DNA of 64,000 nt from NCBI GenBank assembly GCA_951406725.2, contig OX597826.1, positions 73,594,001 to 73,658,000 of the forward strand. Direction: 5' to 3'. The position numbers were made by a program, and so were the translations under genes. The first letter of the stretch is position 1, and every line of letters starts with the position of its first letter. The notes beneath the pieces were generated by a model, which saw only the letters and a list, made by a program, of their open reading frames with translations, had not been told where the DNA came from and did no database searches. Origin of the DNA: Octopus vulgaris. Lineage: Eukaryota. Shown here piece by piece: positions 41,047-56,057 of the stretch.

Positions 41047-41049
<3 letters not shown>
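40928..41049. repeat. Perfect 56-bp inverted repeat with 10-nt loop
   Basis: 40928-40983 is the exact reverse complement of 40994-41049. Confidence 0.95.
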
Positions 41050-41093
<44 letters not shown>

Positions 41094-41579
41094 ACAGGCT
41101 TCTTCCAGTTTCCATCTACCAAATCCACTCACAAGGCTTTGGTCAGCCTGAGGCTATAGCAGAAGACACTTACCCAAGGTGCCATGCATTGGGACTGAAC
41201 CAGGAACCATGTGGTTACCACACAGCCACTCCTGTGCCTATAACATCATCATCATCATTTAACGTCCGTTTTTCATGCTGGCATGGGTTGGACAGTTTGA
41301 CTGAGGCCTGGAAAGCCAGCAGTTGCACCAGGCTCCAATCTGATCTGGCAATATTTCTACAGCTGGATGCCCTTCCTAAAGAGAATTTAGTGGGTGCTTT
41401 TTACGTACCACTGGCACAGGAGCCAGTCAGGCGGCCTTGACATCAATCATGTTCAGATAGTACTTTTTACATGTCATTGGCACAGGAGCCAGTCAGCAGG
41501 TACAGGCATCGACCATGTTCGGATAATGACTTTTACATAACATATATGTTTGCTTTTATGTTTAATAATAGTAATAATG

Positions 41580-42960
41580 AAATTATTGTGTACAGTGTTC
41601 AGGTGCACTACAGCTTATCAAACAGGGGTGGACTGAGAGTATTAAGGGCCCTTGTACATAAGGGGATGTTCACCAAGCCCCTTAGCATTGCTATCAAAGA
41701 GTTAAAATGTAGAGTGCGGGCCCTTCAGAGCTCTGATGGCTCAGTCCACCCCTATTATCAAAGGTGCATGTATAGTACATAGAATTATGTACAAATGTCA
41801 GGTAAGTGAACAGTGTATGAGGCATGATATACATGTATGCATGTGTATGGAGCGGAGGTATATCAGGTGTAGTGTTGGCGAATTTCAGGAAGCATGGAGG
41901 TTTTAAAGGATGCAATGTCTCAGCAGCTGACAACTGATGCAGGTAATTTGTTCCATGATTCAGCAACTGTGGGAAAAAATGTTTTTGAAAGTCATGGGAA
42001 CTGTGCTGTTTTTTGAATTTGTAGGCATGCCCATGTGTGTTAGACACACGGAATTCAAAAAGGTACTTGAGGTTGTTGTTGGCACAATGTTTAATAATTT
42101 TGTGGGTGTTTACCAAGCCAGTTGCCAGATGTCAGAGCTCCAATGTATCTATACCCAGGGAAGGAAGGTGAGTATGGTAGATGCCTGATGGGGGGTATTC
42201 ACTTGGTTGCATGTCTCTGAACAGTTTCCTGGAGGTCAATGTTCTGAGCAAGACAGGGGTTCCAGACTGGTGGTGCAAATTCCAAGTGTGGCCACACCAT
42301 AGCCATATAAAACCTTAAATGGATAGCTGGAGAGCAGCTGATAAAGGTCTTGCTGAGTGATGCCAAAACACCATCAGCCTTCTTGACAATTTTAGAGATG
42401 TGCTTTGTCCAGCGCAAATCGCTGCTGACAGTAATGTCCAAGTCACATGCACAAGAAGACTTCTGGATTTTAGCATTGTGGAGGGAATATGTGGACATTG
42501 GGCTTTTCCTCCCAAAATGCATGGTGGTACACTAGTCCACAGCCAGCTTGAGTTGCCAGTCTGTGATCCACTGCAGCATTGTGTCCAGGTCCGATTACAG
42601 GAAAGATCTCTAGTGTTCAGGATGCCATTTTTATCTCAAGGTACATCTTGATGTCATCTGCATATTTCAGCACTGTGGCATTCTTTAAGTTGGCATCTAT
42701 GTCATTATTGTATGCAACAAACAAAAGGGGACCAAGAACAGATCCCTGCAGTACACCAGATGACATCTCATAATCTCATAGGGTGAAGAATGCTGTCCTA
42801 GAACTGTGACTACCTCTTTTTGGCTGAGAATGAAGGACTCCAACCAGTTAAAAAGATCATCTTTCACACCCATTGCAGAGAGTTTTACCATAAGTATTTT
42901 GTGTGGCACAGAATTAAAAGCTTTAGCAAAGTCAAGGTAAGCAACATCCACCCATGAGCC
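41580..42960 (-). mobile_element. 5'-truncated, frameshifted CR1-like LINE (reverse transcriptase relic) antisense in an otopetrin intron
   Basis: Fragments YLDFAKAFNSVPH, QGSVLGPLLF, YADD and HLEFAPPVWNP are spread over several frames. Confidence 0.88.
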
Positions 42961-44302
42961 ACCATATATACATTAATGAGATAGATGCCAATTTAAAGAA
43001 TGCCACAATGCTGATGGGGAGTATTAAAGTTCTCAAGGAATATTAAATGTACTTAGAGGTTATTAGGTTTCCTGGAAATTATTGTTTGTTTATTTTTTTC
43101 TAGGTAGGAATGTTGGCCCTATTCAAATCCATTTCAGCTTACATAGGGCCAACACTCCTCCCTTGGGCCAAACTAATATGGATTGCCTCAACTGGAAAGA
43201 AGTGGCCCATATTCATCTGGCTTCTATCTTTTGACCTGTCCAGTATGGGAGCATCCAGCCAAGAGCTGGCACTCCTCAGTCATAGCTCTTAGGGTCACTG
43301 ACACACTCAAGCCACAACAAGGACTGGACCTTGTGGTAGACTATGTAGAGATACAGCTCTATGACATTGTGGAGTGAATTTCTATGTAGTGGTGGTGTAT
43401 GGCTTAGTGGTTAAGGTGTTGGGTTCATGATCATAAGATTGTGGTTTCAATTCCAGGATTGGGCATTATGTTGTGTTATTGAACAAAACACTCCATTTCA
43501 TGTTAGTCCAGTCCACTAAGCTGGCAAAAGTGAGTGTTCCTGCAGTTGACTGACATCCTGTCCCGGAGTAAATATACATCACAGAAACCAGGAAATCAGC
43601 CTTATGAGTCCATATGACACATGAAGGAGCTAATGTAGATTTGAATGGCATCGTAAATGTTGTATTACATCCTTAGACAAGTTTCTTGCCACTACTTACA
43701 TCAGCTTCTGGAAAATAATAACTAATTCATCATCATCATCATCATCGATTAATGTATGTTTTCCATGCTAGCATGGGTTGGACAGTTCAACTGGGGCCTA
43801 GGAAGCCAGGAGGCTGCACCAGGCTCCAGTTTGATCTGGCAGTGTTTCTACAGCCAAATGCCCTTCCTAACACCAACCACTCTGAGTGTAGTGGGTGCTT
43901 TTTATGTGCCACTGGCACAGGGGCCAGAGGAGGCTGGCAAACAGTCACAATCGGTTGGTGCGTTTACGTATCACCGACACGGATGCCAGTCAGGCGGCAC
44001 TGGCATCAGCCACATTCGGATGGTGCTTTTTACATGCCACCAGCACAGGTATCATAACTACAATTTCCATTTGATTTTTATTTGATGTTGATGTACTTGA
44101 CTCAATAGGTCTCTTCAAGCACAGCGGGTCACTCCAATTATTACTCTATAATTTCCGGTGAGTTCTTTCCAATAAACTTAAATAATCAAAATTCATTTCA
44201 TTTTTGTTGCTTTAATATAAACCTAATTTTGAAATATTTCCATAATTCCAAGTGCTTTTTCTGCCACTAATGCTATGTTTTCCATTTTATTTCCAACACC
44301 AG

Positions 44303-45117
44303 GAATCCTGTATGTAATGTGGTCCAACATCGGAAAGCAACTTCTTTACCAATCCAGCGACGAAGAGAGTCAGCGCGAGGCTAAGGTTCGATCTCAGAAG
44401 CTAAGTGTCGACTGCTCGTCATCAAGTCGTGGTTTATTTATGGGTATTTTCATACTGGTGTCCGCTGTTATCTCAATGATAGTCTTCTTCATGCTAATCA
44501 ATAATCCGTCTTACACAGACGCAGCCATCCAGCTAGAACATCTTTCTCAAGTTGTCCTCAATGTAATCGCATCTATAGCACTCATCCTGGCCTTCGTCAG
44601 GATGAAAGATTTACGATTTAGTTTGAAAAGCGAGCTCTCCCTCGAAGAAATGCTACTAATTGTCTCGTTACCAGGCGAATATATATTTGGTTTCCTCAGT
44701 ATCATAGCCATTGGTGTGGAAGGGATCGATCGAAGCGGTTTAATAATTCTCCTGTCCAGTATTCTCGCCATATTTGAATCATCTCTGCAAACTATGTTTA
44801 TATTGAATGGTATTCGGCGTACAGCTCACACACCACAATTACAGAGGCAGAAGACTGGACGAGAATTCATTACTTTCCTAATGGTTTGTAACATAGCCAT
44901 GTGGGGTATCTACACGTTTGAGATTCACCGCTCCGAGTTCAATCCCGCACAAATGCGTTTCTATGGAGTCATGGCCTGGAATATATTCACACATATTTCT
45001 ATACCACTTATTATCTTCTTCCGATTCCATTCTACAGTATGTCTCTCGAATATCTGGAAACATGCATGGAAACGAAAGTCAAATAGTCAAGAAAGTTTGA
45101 CAAACCTCAACCAATAA
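44303..45117 (+). CDS. Otopetrin terminal coding exon (C-domain, TM7-TM12)
   Basis: acaccAG acceptor. Encodes GILYVMW, VDCSSSSRGLFMG, ESSLQTMFI, GREFITFLMVCNIAMW, FYGVMAW and FFRFHSTVCL motifs, ending in TAA at 45117. AATAAA follows at 45336. Confidence 0.96.
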
Positions 45118-46092
45118 GGACTACTTTGTGCAATTATTTCACTCCTTATTTCACTTTAGTTTAATTCCTCTTACCCCACCCCTTGAGTTTATCCTTTTTT
45201 TTTTTTTTTAGTTTACCCTTCATTAACTTTTTTTATGGTTAATATTTTCCCCCCAACCTCATAAAATCATTTGTTAAATAAAAAAAAGAAAATAACTAGT
45301 TGAAGTAAAAAGGCGACTAAAATATGAAAGTGACGAATAAAGAGTTCAAGAAAGAAGAGAATACAAAAGGGTTGTACTGAAAAATAATTGATTAATGTTT
45401 ATGAGAAGAATAAGGAACATTACTACATCCTATTCGACAACAAACGTAACATTCTTCATCCGAACACTGAATGAGGTATATTTTTTTGTTGGACGTTAGA
45501 CATAAATTCGGAAGTTACGTTCAAACAAGACATATATTTTCTACCACGAGGAAAAAAAACACAGCATCGAAGTGGATCATTAATATAAATGAATGAGAAA
45601 AGAAAAAAAAAAGAATCTTTATTTTAAGAACACGACAAAACCACTTTGATATAATATTTAAAAAAAATCACAGGATCCTTTATCGATTAATTCACAGTAG
45701 TTTGTGTGACATAAGATGGTATTTTTGACAGGAAAAAAAAAACAAAAATGAACCCTATTTTTATGTTAAAGTTGTCCATCGTCGCCACGTTGCCTTGGCT
45801 TGTAAGGGGAGATAACCATGACTGGGGCGGTTTAAAGAAGAAGAAAAACTGCGCTGGCTTTAAACCATGTATCCTATTTGTACATAGAAAATATTTAGTC
45901 AGCATGCAACATGCATTACATACATACATACATACATATATATATATAACACGTCTGTATACATGTATGTCTGTGTATACATATAAATATATAAAAGTAC
46001 ATACATACATATATATATATATATATGTATAACACGTCTCTATACATGTATGTGTGTGTGAATATATAAATATGTAAAAGTATATAAAGTAC

Positions 46093-46204
<112 letters not shown>

Positions 46205-46228
46205 TATATATATATATATATATGTATG

Positions 46229-46316
<88 letters not shown>

Positions 46317-47059
46317 GTATATTTGTGTGTGTGTGTGTGTATATATGCATATATCTGCTTACCAGTTTGAACACATGATGACAGGATAATTTTTTAATCA
46401 ACTTTATACTCAGTTCCTTTGTACTTTCTACAGACGCAGCTAATAACGGAAAGGAATTGTCTGTATTCTTGATGTCCTTAAAGCTAAGTGTTATGGAAGG
46501 ACTGACCAAGTTTGGGGCATCATCGGAGTGCATTTCACCTTCTTACAAACACCCGCTTCTTCACTCAACAGACCTGTTCCAACATGGTTGTTTCAACCAA
46601 ATCTTCGAGTATCTATCTTCCATCGATTTCCGTTCACCTGTAAGTTATTTCTCCAAGACAAACACAGCCACCCTTGCTCTGATGATGGCTCATCAAAGAC
46701 ACAGAAACCTGTGACTCGCTGTCCCTCCATTACATTTATCATAGGAAACATTATATGTATATATATTCTTCCTTCTCGTTGACATAGCAGTTTTTGGTAG
46801 AAAGTGAAAGAATTATCTTTCCATCATGTGTTTAAACTGAAGAGATATACACACTAGCTACACTGATACATACACACACACACATATATATATTCACTCA
46901 CATACACACACACACATACTTACACACACAAATATGCATATATATATAATGGTTTCTTCAGTTTTTCTTGTTTTTTTGTTTACTTTTCTTTTATTTCTTT
47001 ATTTCTTTTTGTTGTTAATGTTGTTTTGTGTTTTGTTAAATATTTTGTAATTAATTTCC

Positions 47060-47630
47060 AGTACAGTACAAAAGAGGCATTAACAGTACACTGCAGTATA
47101 CATAGAGGTATTGACAGTTTAGTATCATAGAAGTGTGACACCAAATGTCTTTGAAAGTACAGTAGATAGTTTTGACAGTACAGTGACTGGTTCTTGACAG
47201 TACAGGAGACTACACTGACAGAACTATACAATAAAGTTATTGACAGTGCAATGCAGCAGTTATTCATGGCCTGTTGAGCTATTGGCAGACTTTTATAGCA
47301 GAAGTAGTGAAAATATATAGTAGAGGGAGTTGTTGACAACAGAGTTATACAGTTAGAGTCATTGACATTACAATGGATTTGTTGACAAGTCAGTACAGCA
47401 GAATTATTGACATTACAGCAGTCATTAATAGTACAATTGAGTTATTGACAGTAGTGTTATTAAAAATATAGTACAGCAGGATTATTGACAACAGAGTAAA
47501 GTTGACTGTACAGCAGAGTTATTGACGGTATAGTAGGGTTATTGACAGTATAGTAAAGCTATTGACAATAGTGCAGAGTTGGTTTGACAGTGCAGTATAA
47601 TCATGGTCAGTACAGTACAGTACAGTATGG
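47060..47630. repeat. Decayed tandem repeat of about 20 bp (TTATTGACAGTACAGCAGAG-like)
   Basis: TTGACA recurs at roughly 20-nt spacing. Confidence 0.75.
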
Positions 47631-47742
47631 AATGTTCTAAAACTTATATTTGTAGATATTCTCAGAATCAAAAAAAAAAAAAAATTGCTTGTTTGTTTTT
47701 TAATTCCAAATAAAATGGAAACATTTACAATAAAAACTATTA

Positions 47743-47773
<31 letters not shown>

Positions 47774-48905
47774 GATTATTATTAATAGTCATCATCATCA
47801 TTCCATGTAGTGATGCCTGTAGACAAGTTCTGAAGCAGTAGAACCTACAGAAGTGTGTTTCAAACCCAGTGGAAACCATTTGTAGCATCTAACAGTGACT
47901 TACATCATTAATACCATTGACAAAGATGGTCATTAATCCTTCAGCTCCAGCTTTCTATCCCTTATAAATCCACAACCTTGCTTTAATATAGGAAATCAAT
48001 GTTTCATTTGTTGGCTGTGACCAGCTCCCTCTTAGTGATAATATGTGGTGAAACAGTTGAGGATTCCACAATTTCTTGGTGAGCAATCAACACAGATGAT
48101 TTGTTTAAAGTGATCAAACGTTCGTGGTGTACATTAGCTCATTCCCTCCATCAAATCAACGTTACCTGTACAGGTGAGTGGTGTACCACACATTCTATAC
48201 TGAATGATTGTAAAGCAACATGAAACAAAGTGTTTTGCTCAAGAACACAATGCACCGCCCAGTCTGGGAATTGAAACCACAATCTTCTGCTCATGAGTGC
48301 AACAGTGATTATATAAATAATGTGGAGACAGGCATGAAGACCGCTCAGTATCATCCCAGTTCGGCCAACATGAACAGTTTATTTCCATCAGAATTAAAAT
48401 TTCATAAACACAAATTTTCACCACCAAAAACCAATTTTAATCAGAATTTTTTCCCATTATTAAGGGTTGCAGATGGTAGAATTGGATAAAATATTAGAAT
48501 TTATAGGTTTTGAGTTCATGTTCTGCAGGCAGAGTATAATAAATTGCTTATTCTATGTCACCTAAGATCGACGACAAACTCTCTGGGATACATACAAGGT
48601 TTGGGTGGGAGATGGGTCACATTACATAAATATCTCTGCCCACAAAAACGGGAAGGATTAAACAAAACTGGGCATTTTTAAAGCAACTGTTACCTGATGA
48701 GGATTCCATATTTTGTTTTTCACTTTTATTTTTTCCTTATTTTGCTAATTCTTTTTTTTCTAAATTTTTGTAACTTTTATTTATTTACATTTATATATGT
48801 GTATGCACATGTGTGATGTGTATGTATGTATGCATATATATGGGCATGTGTATATATATATATATATATGCATGTGTGAATACATATATATATAATATAT
48901 ATGTA

Positions 48906-48955
<50 letters not shown>

Positions 48956-49705
48956 CATATATACATATATATATGTATATGTATATATATATATACATGT
49001 GTGTGTGTGTAAGAATAGATATAATACAGATATATATACACACATATATAGGATACATACATCTGTGTGTATGTTATTATGCATGTCATGGATGCAGACA
49101 TAACCAAGTGATAAAGGGTCACAACAATCATGAGGTCCTTGCAGCTGATTTCAGTGTCTCTTGTCAGAGCCTTGCATCAACCCAATGGCTTGTATGTGAA
49201 ACTAGCTAAACAGAAACTATGGAAGCCCATAGCCACTGTAATTTAAAGAGCCACACTTTTCACTTTCTTGTCATGCTGATTTCACTCAATAATTACATTA
49301 AGGATACATGCTACGGTGGATTACTTGTTAAATTAATGAGTTATTAGTCCAGTATCAAGCCTGGTCATTTCAAGGCCTCAGTATTCAGCCTATATACATT
49401 AATCTAACAAGTAAGAAGTCCAGTTGGTTTAACAACATTTATCACCAAAACCGATGAAATGTCCCTCAAAAATTTGTATTATTTTTATAAATACATATTC
49501 ATACACATATACTTACTATACATACATATATATACATGTATATATATATAATATATACATAATATATTATATATATATATATATTATTTATTTATATACC
49601 TATATGTATTATCTGTCTATGTGTGTGTTTATGTATGGTATGTATGTATATATATATACATACATCTATATATAAAATATTTCACTAAATCATTTCTAAA
49701 TCACA

Positions 49706-49785
<80 letters not shown>

Positions 49786-50354
49786 CATCCATTTATAGGA
49801 GTACTTACCAAATCATTGTCACGCTAACATTTCAATCCCCTTTCTGGTCTGAAGCAAATATCAATTAATTAATTAATAATAATAATTATTATTACAAGCC
49901 AAACTCATGTTTGTATGATATACTCTGGGGGATGGATGGAACGGAAACAAAAAAGAACAGACATAATGAAAGGAAAGAAGACAACACAACCCAGATAATA
50001 CAATATGTCCAAAACATTATGAAACCGGAAGAACAAGAAGAACAAGGAAAACAACCAACAGCAACAAGAATTATTCCAAACAAAAGGAGGAGAGGAACCA
50101 ATTGTTATTCATTCATCTTATTTTTATTTATTTATTTATTTACCCTTTTTTTTTTTCTTTTTTGGTTGTCTTTTAATCCATTCTTTCTTTTTTTTTTTTT
50201 TTTTCTCTTTGTACGAAATACGAGGTTTGTATGAGGTTTGTTATTGTTGCCTCGAAAGAGGCAACCAAAGAATATTAAAGGTGATGAGTGGTAACCAATT
50301 AAACATTTATAAGCATTTATAAACAGTTATATAAATATAAATACATACATATAC

Positions 50355-50424
<70 letters not shown>

Positions 50425-52049
50425 GCACACGCGCGCACACATATATGCATATGTGTACATATTCATATATACACACATACATATATATCTATAATATATA
50501 TGTATGTGTATAGTTTTATATATATATACACTTATATACATATACATGTATGTGTGTATCAGTGGTGCTTCTTGGTGCATAAACCTGAGCATGCAATATT
50601 AAAGATCAAAAAAACGATATAATTTAAATAGGGTGTACACCTAGCCTGCATGTACCCACTTTCCAGGTGTCCCTTTTGGGAATGTAAGGATTTACATAAG
50701 AAATTGATTTCATTCTATTATGCATTCACTATCACAACTTGTGCATGTCATTGCGTGCCTTGATTTTATCTAGGAAATGCCACTGATGTGTGAGTGTGTG
50801 TCTGTGTATATGTGTATGTATATACGTATATATATACATAAACACACACATATATATCCATATATATATATATGTATATACTTATATATATATACATATA
50901 TGTGTATATACATGAATATACATAGATATACATACACATACACATACGCACACACATATAAATATAGCATTTAGTCGGGAGGGAAGAGCAGTGCTCAAGA
51001 CCCATAAGAGGGTTGTAGTTTGTTTTTAGTTGTTTGTTTTTATTTTTTTTCAGTGTCATTAACTCTTATGGATGGAAGTTAGTAAGTTCTCAAATTGGAG
51101 TTCTGTAGACTTGTTGTGTTGAGGAAACAACTATGATAAAGTTTTGATTATTTTTCACTAAAGATTTTTCTTTTAAACATTGACAGTCCTACGGACTATG
51201 TTGTTTTGGGGGTTTTTTTCACCTCAAACTAAACAGAAAGGACTTATTTAGTAAGCTTAGAGAATCTTGAAAAAACTATTAAGCTTAAATCATATTTGTG
51301 ACTTCAATATAACACGCGTGAAAGAAAACCTGTACCCCATATATATATTATATATATTATGATATATATAGATATATATATATGAAATTTATCTTTACTC
51401 TCTATTTTGATAGTAACAGTTTAATATTACATTGTATTATTCATTTTTTCCATTACTATTCATAACCAAACCATATCAACAGAACAGATACATATATACA
51501 TGTATATGTGTATACGTATATACATACATTTTGTACATATATATATATATTTATATACATATATGTGTGCACATATGTATTTGTATATATATATATATGT
51601 AACGCATATGTATATAAAATCTATGCATACACATATATAAATGTACATATATATAATATGTATACATACATACATTTTTATGTACATATATATATGTATA
51701 TATATATATATTCACATATGTATGTATATATATATATAATGTGCGTGTGTATGTACACATACACATATGTATATACATATATATATATATACACACACAT
51801 AAACGTGTATGTGTGTGTATATATATATATGTATGTATGTATGTATATATGACATTCACACATATATGTATATATGTAATCTGGCAGGGGGTGGGATAGA
51901 TTTTATTCTTTTTGTTGTTGTTATTTGTTGTAGAGGATTATGGTGGGACAACATATTTCATTGTTTGCGAGGGAAGTATCAGCACTGAGATGCAACAGCA
52001 GTCACATCTTCTGTAATATGCATTTGATATTACACATGAGGTGTGTGAC

Positions 52050-53030
52050 ATGATATGTAACATACAAGTCATGTTACAGTAGGTTCTTTTTTTTTTCAAG
52101 CCTAATATATGAAATACAGTCTATGTTATGCTGGTAATTTGTAACAATATGTAACATAAAGCTGTAACAGTATGCGACATAAAGCTGTAACAATATGTGA
52201 CATAAAACTGTAACAATATGTGACACTAGAGTTGAAGGGTTGTGTAATATAGTGTTGTGGTCACAGTAACAGTTACTAACACAATGTGTTACTCTGATAT
52301 GAAGATTACACAAGAATGTAGTGGTAGTGTAACATAGATTTTTGTGTGTTACACTAGCATTAATTAACTAGTGTAACATAATGTTGGTGTTACACTAGAG
52401 TTTAGAAATAGTGTAACATAGTTTCGATGTTACAATATGTAGTAATATTTCTGTTTTAAAATAAAGTTGCTGTTATGTTAGATTTTTGTGAGGAAGTAAC
52501 ATATTGTTGTTGTTACATTGGAGTTTGTACCGATAAAACATGCAATCGGTGTTACACTACCTGTGCCAGTTGGTCACATACTACATAGCATTATGATATG
52601 AAACATTTTATTGCTGTTACACAAGTATTTGATGACGATACATGACAGCTTATATAACAAATTTTGTTGGTGTTACACTACAATTGTGTAATAGGATGTG
52701 TAACAAGTGCTCAATGTTACATTGCAGTTTTGTAACATGTGTAACAAATAATGTTTGTATTACATAAAAGTTTGGTGACACTTTGTAACGAGTGGTCTGT
52801 GTTACATAACTGTACGGTGATGTTATGTAACCAGTGGTGTGTGTGTTACATAGCAGTTTTGTGACATTGTGTGTAACAAGTTGAATGTATAATATAACAG
52901 TTTTGTAACACTATGTAATAAGAGGTTTGTGTTATATGAAGATCTGCATTGCTGTCTACAATAAAGCAATTATTATCAGACATAATAACGCAGAACCTCC
53001 TGTTACATATGTTACTGCTGTTACCACTTA
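52050..53030. repeat. Cryptic TGTAACA/TGTTACA-rich decayed satellite
   Basis: Dozens of GTAACA and TGTTAC words in both orientations. Confidence 0.7.
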
Positions 53031-54676
53031 TATATGTATTGTATTGTAATAATGATCTGTGGTTGCTGGCACAACAAACCAGCTTCTCAACCAGTGGACA
53101 GAGTTGAAATGGACAGTCTAGTGAGCCCAAGTGACCGCTACATCACTGAGGATAAACCACCAATGGCCCGAGGAGCTTACTGTTAGTCTGATGGTGGCAT
53201 AATCTATATTATTTTGTAACCCTTGATAAAGATTGCCTGGTCCGCATAAACTGACCATTACATAGAATGAGAGGTACATTCATTTTATACACACGTGGTG
53301 TTGTGGGAGAAGGTCAGTATATGAAAGATGTGTAAATGAAGATGACCAGCTACTTACCTTTATTGGCTGATATGCACAAATTAATCGCCTTTCACTGACC
53401 ACTGGGCTTCTGATCCCCCCTGTGAAAGTGCTCATCTCTTAATAAATGTTGACCACTTTAAATCTAGAACACATTCTGCCTGCTAGGGCAGTAGAAGCAG
53501 TCGTGGTGGTCACTTCAACACACTTATATCCACTGTATATCTGAAGATGGTCTCTAGAGAAACTGAATGACAAATGAAAAGATAAAAAATTCTGATCTAA
53601 CAAAAGCTTTGCAGTATATTACCTTTCTTTCCATTTCTTTCACCATCTTGTTCTCTGGATCAAATCCAGTGCTTGGTAGCGCAGAAGATGCTGTTTATGG
53701 GGTAGGGCAGCTATTCCACTTTACTCAACTAAAATTCTTCATCACTCATATTTTCAATAAAGCTTTGTGTGTATGTACATGTATGTATGTACGTATGTAC
53801 ATATGTCTGTATGCATATATGTATGTAGGTATGTGTGTGTATTAGTGTATGTATGTTAAAATCTCTCTGTAAGTTGTATGCATCTTAATAATGCTAGAGT
53901 ATAATGTGTGTATGTGCAACATGAATGCTTACTATACATGATACACACATGTAGTGTATATATGTGGTTGTATGTCTTTATGTCTATCAGTCAATACGCC
54001 TAAATATTTGTGTATGGTGCATGTCTGTGTGGCATATGTGTGTGATGCACATGTACATGTGCATATGCACGTCTGCATGTATGCGTGGACATGAATGCCA
54101 ATCCATTCTACCCGGCTCAATCTTCTTCTACCCCATACAACAGCAATTAAGCAAAGTACAATTATCTCCCCCTGTCTCTCACCCTCTCCTTTGTATATAT
54201 ATATATATATATTTGTGAGAGTGTGTGTGTGTTCATATTCTAAATATGCACACACACACATACGCAAAAATATATATACATATGTAAACATAAAGAGACA
54301 TGTATTTATTCACATGAAACATGTATGTTTAAGCCAAAGGCCCTTTAATATTCACTGCTGTCATCCCTGGTTGCAATCCTATCCAATTAAAAAAAAACAC
54401 TAACTTTTCAGACAAGGTGGGGGAGGGGGGGCTGAGGCAGGGGAGAGCGGAAAGATGGTGAAATGAAATGCAAGCAAAGTAAATATAAAAGCAATCCCGT
54501 TGTCATCATCGTCATCATCATCATCATCATCATCATCATCGTTATCATCCCTAGCATCGCCATCATTAAAATCGTCTCCATCGTCATCGACATCAACACC
54601 ATGGTCATCACCAGATAAAGCATTGTTTTGCCTCTCCTTTAATTAACCACAACTTCACTCCTCTCTTTCTTTAACC

Positions 54677-54766
<90 letters not shown>

Positions 54767-54781
54767 CATATATATATATAC

Positions 54782-54814
<33 letters not shown>

Positions 54815-55113
54815 CACACATACATGCATATATGTGTGTGTGTAGGTGTATATATATATATACATACATACATTTTTATTACTCCCAGTTTCTATTTCAC
54901 AGCCTATCTCTATTAATCTTTTCTCCTCTCTCTCTCTCTCTCTCTTTCTGCATACATACATTTATATATACACACACACACACACATGTATGTATGTATA
55001 TATACATATACATAAAGTGTAATTTCAAATTTTGTGACTGATTCTCAAATTAAATTAATATATATCTTTTTTCCTTCTTATTTACACTGCAGTTTTGCAT
55101 TCAAGTATCTACA

Positions 55114-55159
<46 letters not shown>

Positions 55160-55294
55160 TTTTTTTGTCTCATGAATATACTCTTTTCTTACTTTCTATC
55201 TCAATATATATATGTATATATATATATACGTATATATATATATCCCGTTTTTGTCTCTCATGAATATACTCTTTTCTTACTTTCTATCTCAATC

Positions 55295-55343
<49 letters not shown>

Positions 55344-55645
55344 GTTACTGGGTATGTATCTATCGTGTGCCTGCACATGCACAAACATGTACACAGATAC
55401 ACATACATACATACACATATATATATATATATATATGTATAAGCAACCAGGAGAACCACCATGTCAAATTCTATGATTATCCAATTTCAACCACATCCAC
55501 TCATTTTTCTCTGTAACTCCAATAAAACATTTTAATCTTAAAAATTTTGGTTCTGTTGTTCTTCCATATCCATCTTTTTTCTGTGAGCCGAGTCTTACTC
55601 AATATAACATATGAATGACCATGGGATTATACCTAGAAAGTTACC

Positions 55646-56057
55646 TATTTCTTTATTACCCACAAGGAGCTAAACACAGAGTGGACAAACAAGGACAGAC
55701 ATAGGTATTAAGTCGATTACATCGACCCCAGTGCGTAACTGGTACTTACTTTATCGACCCCGAAAGGATGAAAGGCAAAGTCGACCTCGGCGGAATTTGA
55801 ACTCACAACGTAACGGCAGACGAAATACCTATTTCTTTATTACCCACAAGGGGCTAAACACAGAGGGGACAAACAAGGACAGACATAGGTATTAAGTCGA
55901 TTACATCGACCCCAGTGCGTAACTGGTACTTAATTTATCGACCCCGAAAGGATGAAAGGCAAAGTCGACCTCGGCGGAATTTGAACTCAGAACGTAACGC
56001 AGACGAAATACCGCTAAGCATTTCGCCCGGTGTGCTAACGTTTCTGCCAGCTCGCCG
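55646..56057 (-). mobile_element. Dimeric family B SINE with 14-bp TSD, apparently inserted into an older repeat
   Basis: TSD cctagaaagttacc at 55632-55645 and 56058-56071; the 3' portion is duplicated. Confidence 0.9.

Noticed and set aside
46434-46639. Possible extra exon (AG...GTAAGT with one open frame)
   Set aside because: It lies after the otopetrin stop, with no recognisable homology or partner exons.
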